Shown here: one piece after another, positions 26,432-32,000 of the stretch
Numbering within the stretch: the first letter of the stretch is position 1
How the letters are laid out: each line of letters opens with the position of its first letter
Translations under genes and position numbers: made by a program
Source of the DNA: Opitutales bacterium
Lineage (GTDB): Bacteria; Verrucomicrobiota; Verrucomicrobiia; Opitutales; PNEW01
Assembly (NCBI GenBank): GCA_965219535.1
Contig: CBDCNV010000002.1
Location: 150,001-182,000 of the forward strand
Reading direction: 5' to 3'
Length of the DNA: 32,000 nt
The notes under the pieces: model-generated
Seen by the model: the letters and a program-made list of their open reading frames with translations, nothing else
Databases searched by the model: none
What the model was told of the DNA's origin: nothing

Positions 26432-28966
26432 CTATCTCGAGCTCGCGTTTTCTGCGGTAACGGGAATAGAGTGTTCTTTATCTTTATTGAATATAAACCA
26501 ATCCACCACGACACGAAAGCTTTCACGTAAAGGTATATCGAGAACAGGTTTATCCTCTAGAATGTGCGGGTCGATTTCAATTAGCTTATCGAAGAATAAA
26601 GGGAGAAGGATGCTAATTTCGTCTTCTTCAAGTTTATCACCGAAATACTTTTTAAACGCTTTTTCTACAAGTAAATCTTCACTCCGATCGGCGTTTTTAA
26701 ATTGATTCATGATATCCTCAATCGTTTGAGATTCCAGTTGAGTATTTATTTCTTCTGAAAGAAATGCGCTGATATCATCTGCGTATTTAATCATTTTCTC
26801 AAAATCGATTCTTTCGACAAAGACTTCCTTGATCTCATCACTATCATCTGAAGCGTAGTAATATACCTTCTGATAATATTGATTTTTCTTTGGTTTGCCG
26901 TTGGGTAATATTGATTTATGCAGCTTTTCCTGATGTTGATTCTCTTTCTCGATAGAAAGATCAAGCAGGACATCAGTCGAAGGAAAGTCCAGCGCACTCA
27001 ACTCATCCAAACGTTTATCCATTGATTCCTTAAATTTCGTATCATCATCTTTTTGCTTACGTCTTTGATCGAAATTCAAAGAGATTTCCTTTTCATCTTG
27101 TTTCTTTTGAAACCAGCTAATGTTTTCTTTGAGGTAAGTAAACTCATCGAGTGTCTGCATTCGTTTTTCGCTTAGATTGCGTAACGAATTAAGTAAGGTA
27201 TCGTTGGTGACAAAATGGTCATTCAGGTGCTTATTACTGGACAGCCAATCGAGTGGTTCAATCGTGTCCCAGGCGAGTGCATTGGGAAGGTCGGATTCCC
27301 CGATCGGTAGAAATTCATTTACCGAAGGAATAATAATGTCTGATTTCACGCCCTCTTTCTGAGTCGAATCTCCATTGGGCAGATAAAATTTTTGAATAGT
27401 AATTCTCGTCGCGCCTAATTTTTGGGGTTTGGAAAATACGCCGATACGCAATCCTCGCTCGAGTTCGAAAATAGCTTGAACAGTACCTTTCCCATGAGTG
27501 GATGCGTCACCAATAATAATTGCCCGCTGATGATTTTGTAGCGCGCCCGCGACGATTTCACTGGCGGATGCGCTACGCCGGGAAACGAGTACCGCAAGGG
27601 GACCGCTGTAAACTATTTTAGGATCGCGATCCCAGTCTTTGCGGATGCGCCCTGAGGTGTCTTTTACCTGTACTACAGGGCCCTTTGAAATGAATAAACC
27701 GGTCAGGGATATGGCTTCACTGAGCAGACCACCGCCATTGCGGCGTAAATCAAGAACGAGACCGGAGACGCCAATGTCATTCAGTTTTTCAATAAGTTGC
27801 TCGACGTCTTCAGTCGTGCTTGACTCTGCGGGTTCTCCGCCAATGCCAGAACCGTAAAAACTCGGTAAGTCGATTACACCAATCGTGATAAATTTCCCCT
27901 CCTCGATAGGAACTTCATATACATCCGCGCGGGCGAGATTGGCTGTTAGCTGAATCTCATCGCGAATCAAGGTAACGATTTTACGTTCCGACGAATCGGC
28001 AGCAACTGCAGGTTTAATACTCAGTCGCACTTCAGTCCCTTTAACTCCGCGTATCATTTTTACGATACTGCGTAATTTCATATCGATGACATCGATAGGT
28101 TCATCATCTTTCTGTGCGACTTCCACTATGATATCTCCCGGGTGAAGTTGGCCGCTCATTTCAGCGGGGCCGCCAGGGATTAGATTCTGAATAACACAGT
28201 AGCCATCTTCGTTACGCAAAAGGGCACCAATACCTATTAAAGAGTTGCGCATCGTAATCGCAAATTCCTCAAGTGAATCTGATGAATAGTATATCGAATG
28301 TGGATCGTACAATTGAGCTAAGGTGCTAAGAAACAACTCCTGTATGTCATTAGCTTCAATCTCATTAATATCTTTCTTTGTTCGACGATAACGTCGTTTT
28401 ACTTTTTCTTTTGCGCGCTCCAATGATTCATCTCTCAGCAGTTCCTGCAAGAGATCATACTTTAATCTTTTATTCCAGAGGTCATCGGCTTCGGCGGTAG
28501 TGGCTGGCCATTCCGCTTCTGAACGATCGGGAATAAATGTTTCATCATGCTCAAAGTTAAAATCACCATTGATGCGTTCAAATATCCAATCGAGGCGGTT
28601 AAGTGCGCGGGCACGGTAATTTTCAAAAACCTGAAAAGCGGGGTAGAGATCTCCACTCGCGAGCCAAACATTAATCAGGGAATCCTGAAATCTTAAGGTA
28701 AGGGCTTCTACATCTTTTTTGAGTAAAAATAAACGGTGGTAGTCTAATTCCTCCATATAATTATGCAGGAGCTTTTCCGTATCAATTTTGGAGAGTGGCT
28801 TTTTTGTAAAATGGTAACTTTGAATCGAATCTATCGCTAGTACCGTCTCTTTCTTCATCTGCTCACTACTGGCAATACTAAGACTAAAAGTATCCTCAGC
28901 TACCCCTTTGGTAAATGAAAGGACGGTAAGAACAAAGATGCTGGTGAAATAAATCAATCTATTCAT
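26432..28966 (-). CDS. S41 family carboxy-terminal processing (tail-specific, Prc-like) protease
   Basis: Signal peptide. PDZ region GIGALLRNEDGYCVIQNLIPGGPAEMSGQLHPGDIIVEV. S41 core LDLRRNGGGLL...SASASEIVAGAL...GKGTVQ (Ser/Lys dyad context). Long charged C-terminal region as in Prc. Confidence 0.9.
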   Translation of the reverse strand: MNRLIYFTSIFVLTVLSFTKGVAEDTFSLSIASSEQMKKETVLAIDSIQSYHFTKKPLSKIDTEKLLHNYMEELDYHRLFLLKKDVEALTLRFQDSLINVWLASGDLYPAFQVFENYRARALNRLDWIFERINGDFNFEHDETFIPDRSEAEWPATTAEADDLWNKRLKYDLLQELLRDESLERAKEKVKRRYRRTKKDINEIEANDIQELFLSTLAQLYDPHSIYYSSDSLEEFAITMRNSLIGIGALLRNEDGYCVIQNLIPGGPAEMSGQLHPGDIIVEVAQKDDEPIDVIDMKLRSIVKMIRGVKGTEVRLSIKPAVAADSSERKIVTLIRDEIQLTANLARADVYEVPIEEGKFITIGVIDLPSFYGSGIGGEPAESSTTEDVEQLIEKLNDIGVSGLVLDLRRNGGGLLSEAISLTGLFISKGPVVQVKDTSGRIRKDWDRDPKIVYSGPLAVLVSRRSASASEIVAGALQNHQRAIIIGDASTHGKGTVQAIFELERGLRIGVFSKPQKLGATRITIQKFYLPNGDSTQKEGVKSDIIIPSVNEFLPIGESDLPNALAWDTIEPLDWLSSNKHLNDHFVTNDTLLNSLRNLSEKRMQTLDEFTYLKENISWFQKKQDEKEISLNFDQRRKQKDDDTKFKESMDKRLDELSALDFPSTDVLLDLSIEKENQHQEKLHKSILPNGKPKKNQYYQKVYYYASDDSDEIKEVFVERIDFEKMIKYADDISAFLSEEINTQLESQTIEDIMNQFKNADRSEDLLVEKAFKKYFGDKLEEDEISILLPLFFDKLIEIDPHILEDKPVLDIPLRESFRVVVDWFIFNKDKEHSIPVTAENASSR

Positions 28967-29280
28967 GTGAGGTGAATCTTATAGATGCGAATAAGCATTA
29001 TAAAATTTTCGGTATCATAATTATAATAGTCTATAGATATCGTCCCTATGATGTCTAATTTTATTTATATTTATTAGGAAGAATTTTAAATATCCTCATT
29101 TAGTTGTATCTGATAAAAGGTCCTCTTGGGTGTTACCCGCCCTGACGAAAAAAAACTCGAAACAGGTATAGGCTGCATTTTTGACAAGAAATATGGATAT
29201 TTGTTCAATCCAACAGTGATTGTCACTTCACAGACGATTAATTTTAAAAAATTTGTGCATTAATAAATAAAGAGAATGTT

Positions 29281-30165
29281 TTATCGGCTGAGAATGTCTT
29301 TGGCTCGATCTAAAGTTTGTTTTTCTTCTTCGCTTAGGGCGCCAAAGCCCTGACTGTTTATTTTATCCAGTATTCGATCAACTTCATTTTGAACGTCTCT
29401 ACGGTTACCAATATTTATTTTAAAATTTCTCTTGCTGCTGCGGGATGAAGATTTCTTCTTTAACCATAAGGGCAATTCAACCGAAGTTTTACCTTGTTTT
29501 ATTATCGATTCACGATTGATGAGAAAACGGAAATAGAAAAGTCCTCCTAACATACCTCCAATGTGAGCTGAGTGCGCAATTCGATTCATGCTTCCCGGAA
29601 TCATTTCACTGAATAGAAATCCGAATAATTCGATACCAAAGATGCCCCAGCCTAAGTATCTCGGTTTAATCATCACAGGAATAATAAAGAAGAGCAGGAA
29701 AGTAACCCGTTCATCTGCATGCATGATACAATATACAGTCAGTAAACCCATCGCCGCAGCGGATGCACCGATGAGGGGGTACTGACTTTGGAAATTGAAA
29801 ATCATCCATAACAATGCGCCCGTAAAGGCCGAAAGAATGTAAAGATCTAGAAGTTTATGAGGACCGATATCCTGCTCTACTATCCTCCCGAAAATAAAAA
29901 TGGCTAGCATGTTAAAAATAAGATGCCATGGAAATGACCCGGCAGTGTCGTGCAGGAGACTGTAAGTAAGGGGCGTCCAAACAAAACCGTGCAATAAATT
30001 GGAACTGTTCAGGCCAAAATAACGTTCCGGAAAATCGCTGTTAAACCACCAACGGAACACGCTTTGTATTACAAATAGCCCAAAGTTAATGATGAGAATC
30101 CACTTTAAAACAGGGAAGCGGCGAGATGCGCCATCGTAGCGCATATAGGGGCGATCATAGAGCAT
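29281..30165 (-). CDS. Rhomboid family intramembrane serine protease with a C-terminal soluble tail
   Basis: WHLIFNMLAIF (H..xN), catalytic GASAAAMG (GxSxxxxG), AHIGGMLGG (catalytic His), six TM segments, then an ~80-aa basic/helical tail. Confidence 0.85.
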   Translation of the reverse strand: MLYDRPYMRYDGASRRFPVLKWILIINFGLFVIQSVFRWWFNSDFPERYFGLNSSNLLHGFVWTPLTYSLLHDTAGSFPWHLIFNMLAIFIFGRIVEQDIGPHKLLDLYILSAFTGALLWMIFNFQSQYPLIGASAAAMGLLTVYCIMHADERVTFLLFFIIPVMIKPRYLGWGIFGIELFGFLFSEMIPGSMNRIAHSAHIGGMLGGLFYFRFLINRESIIKQGKTSVELPLWLKKKSSSRSSKRNFKINIGNRRDVQNEVDRILDKINSQGFGALSEEEKQTLDRAKDILSR

Positions 30166-30470
30166 GAGTTTTTAAAGCGTAAAATGCCTGGGTAAATTTT
30201 AGAGCTAAAATCAGCACGTAGTCTATCTCTTGAAGATTATTCAATTTCCGCCAAAGGATCGACTTGTAACTGAGTATTAAGTTTAAGCTTAAAATGCTAT
30301 TCATTACAAATTTTTCCGATTATAAAAATCGGCCCTAAAAAATAGGTTCAATTCAATTAATTGTTGCGTCTTATTTTAGGAAAGGACAAGGCGTCAATAG
30401 TTTCATATTCTTCTGTAAAAAAAGGATAATAATTGACTATTTTAGCCTTTTAATAACTTTAAGCGCACAA

Positions 30471-30713
30471 ATGGCTGATAAATCAGATAAATGGGCCGAA
30501 AATGTAAGCGGGAAATTCTTTGTCGATGAGCAATGCATTGATTGCGATCTCTGTCGAGAAACAGCCCCTGACTTTTTTACTCGTAATGACGATGGCGGTT
30601 ACTCCTATGTCTTTAAGCAACCGGAGACAGAGGATCAAATCGCCGAATGCATGGAAGCGCTTGAGGGGTGTCCGGTAGAAGCGATTGGCGAAAACGGTGA
30701 CCAGGCGGATTGA
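30471..30713 (+). CDS. Small single-cluster ferredoxin
   Basis: CIDCDLC...CP pattern (C-x2-C-x2-C plus distal CPVEAI), acidic 80-aa protein. Confidence 0.8.
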   Translation: MADKSDKWAENVSGKFFVDEQCIDCDLCRETAPDFFTRNDDGGYSYVFKQPETEDQIAECMEALEGCPVEAIGENGDQAD

Positions 30714-30849
30714 TTAGGGAGTTAGAACAGTTCTAAATTGTAATCCTCTTTCACCATTATCCTTTTATTATCATTGATAAATAGGAATGTGTCGGTTGAA
30801 GCATTTCCATCATAAATGTGAATAGGGTTCATATCAAAATTTATAAGTA

Positions 30850-32000
30850 TCAGGAAAAACGCCTCCAAAATGAGGGGACAAAGAGCACGAGAATAGCATA
30901 GAGTTCCAAGCGACCCATAATCATCAAGAGAGAGAGGTAATATTTCGTGCTGTCATTAAAAAAAGCATAAGTATGTGTGGGTCCGATCTCGGAAAACCCT
31001 GGCCCAATGTTGTAAAAGCAGGAGATCACTGTAGAATAAGTCCCTTCTAAAGTTAAATTGTGTTCCAGTAATGCGACAACGCATTGGCTTATAAAAATGA
31101 TTACCGTGATAAGCATGATATAGATGACAATATTTTCTTGTGCCGTGGCTGATATATTTCGCCCATTAACTTTTATCGGTCGGACGACATGACTACGAAA
31201 TGCTTTCTCAATATTGACGAGGCAGATTTTAATTCCTATTACCACGCGTATTACCTTTAGACCACCGGCAGTGGAACCAGAGCTGCCACCAATAACCATT
31301 AGGGCCAGAAGAAAAGCGTGTGTCGCCGGTATCCAGGCATCGAAATCAGCGGTAGTGAAACCCGAAGTTGTCGCGATAGAAACTACATGAAAGGCACTTG
31401 CTCGCAAGGCGTCGAGAGGTGTATCAATTATACCATTGATGAGCAAAAGCAGAGTGATTACTACGGTGGAAATAACCAGTATAGCATAAAAGACACGGAT
31501 TTCTGTATTAGTAAGGACGTCTCTCCACTGGCCGCGGAGGCTACGTAGGATGACGAGAAAACTGGTCCCGCCTACGATCATAAAAAGAATAAACATCCAT
31601 TCAATGAGCGGGCTTTGAAAGGCTGCGATACTATTACTGTAAGTACTGAATCCCCCTGTGGCTATAGTGGTAAACATATGGCAGATGGCATCATACCAGG
31701 ACATTCCGCATACATGATAAACCAGGGTGCACACAACTGATATCGCCAAATATAAATAAAGAATACAGAGAACCCCGCTTTGGACTCTAGAGGATTCCAG
31801 CTCCGTTGACTCAGCGGAAGACTCTCGAGAGTAAAGTATTTTTGCCCCCGCTCCGAGAAAGGATAAAACGGCGACAAAAAAAACAACTACCCCAAGGCCA
31901 CCTATCCACTGACTGATCTGCCGCCAAAACATGAGGCTGCGTGGAAACTGTTCAAGGTCGGTAAAGACCGTAGCACCGGTTGTGGTGAGACCTGAAACGG
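30850..32000 (-). CDS. trkH: TrkH/KtrB family potassium uptake protein, N-terminus outside the window
   Basis: The frame stays open to base 32000 (…VSGLTTTGATVFTDLEQFPRSLMFWRQISQWIGGLGVVVF), matching the TrkH TTTGA and W.GG.G pore-loop motifs. Further repeats TGGFST, TSGFTT and SSGSTAGGLKVIR. The ATG at 31932 is therefore internal. Confidence 0.85.
   Translation of the reverse strand, partial: VSGLTTTGATVFTDLEQFPRSLMFWRQISQWIGGLGVVVFFVAVLSFLGAGAKILYSRESSAESTELESSRVQSGVLCILYLYLAISVVCTLVYHVCGMSWYDAICHMFTTIATGGFSTYSNSIAAFQSPLIEWMFILFMIVGGTSFLVILRSLRGQWRDVLTNTEIRVFYAILVISTVVITLLLLINGIIDTPLDALRASAFHVVSIATTSGFTTADFDAWIPATHAFLLALMVIGGSSGSTAGGLKVIRVVIGIKICLVNIEKAFRSHVVRPIKVNGRNISATAQENIVIYIMLITVIIFISQCVVALLEHNLTLEGTYSTVISCFYNIGPGFSEIGPTHTYAFFNDSTKYYLSLLMIMGRLELYAILVLFVPSFWRRFS

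Overview
The window looks like ordinary chromosome from a moderately AT-rich bacterium. The prepilin-type pilin and the overall gene mix would fit a PVC/Verrucomicrobia-like organism, but that lineage is only a guess. I count 26 apparently intact CDSs, almost all housekeeping: PIN/TRAM protein, DegT aminotransferase, amidase, FolB, ROK kinase, MsbA-like ABC exporter, HPr, DEAD-box helicase, GluQ-tRNA synthetase, M3 and YugP-type metallopeptidases, MogA, PrfA-PrmC, S41 tail-specific protease, rhomboid, ferredoxin and TrkH. I saw no tRNA, rRNA or CRISPR. The only clearly accessory or rearranged part is about 18.9-21.9 kb. It starts with a very AT-rich 640-bp leader that carries a near-consensus promoter. 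That leader drives a gene cut off after about 108 codons by the end of an IS3-family element. The terminal 83 bp of the IS is tandemly duplicated, its orfB carries an in-frame TGA, and its other end is missing. The truncated orfA abuts the 3' half of a secretin gene directly, which suggests a decayed pilus/secretin operon (or a repeat-induced misassembly). I did not find a convincing new multi-gene system. The best leads are the IS-bridged pilus locus, a pilin / terminator / GT-C-like membrane protein / DegT neighbourhood (possible pilin glycosylation), a helix-rich 380-bp non-coding region upstream of degT, and a response regulator whose C-terminal tail seems to have lost the cysteines of a CxxC...CxxC motif. 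All product calls come from motif recognition by eye. No searches were run.
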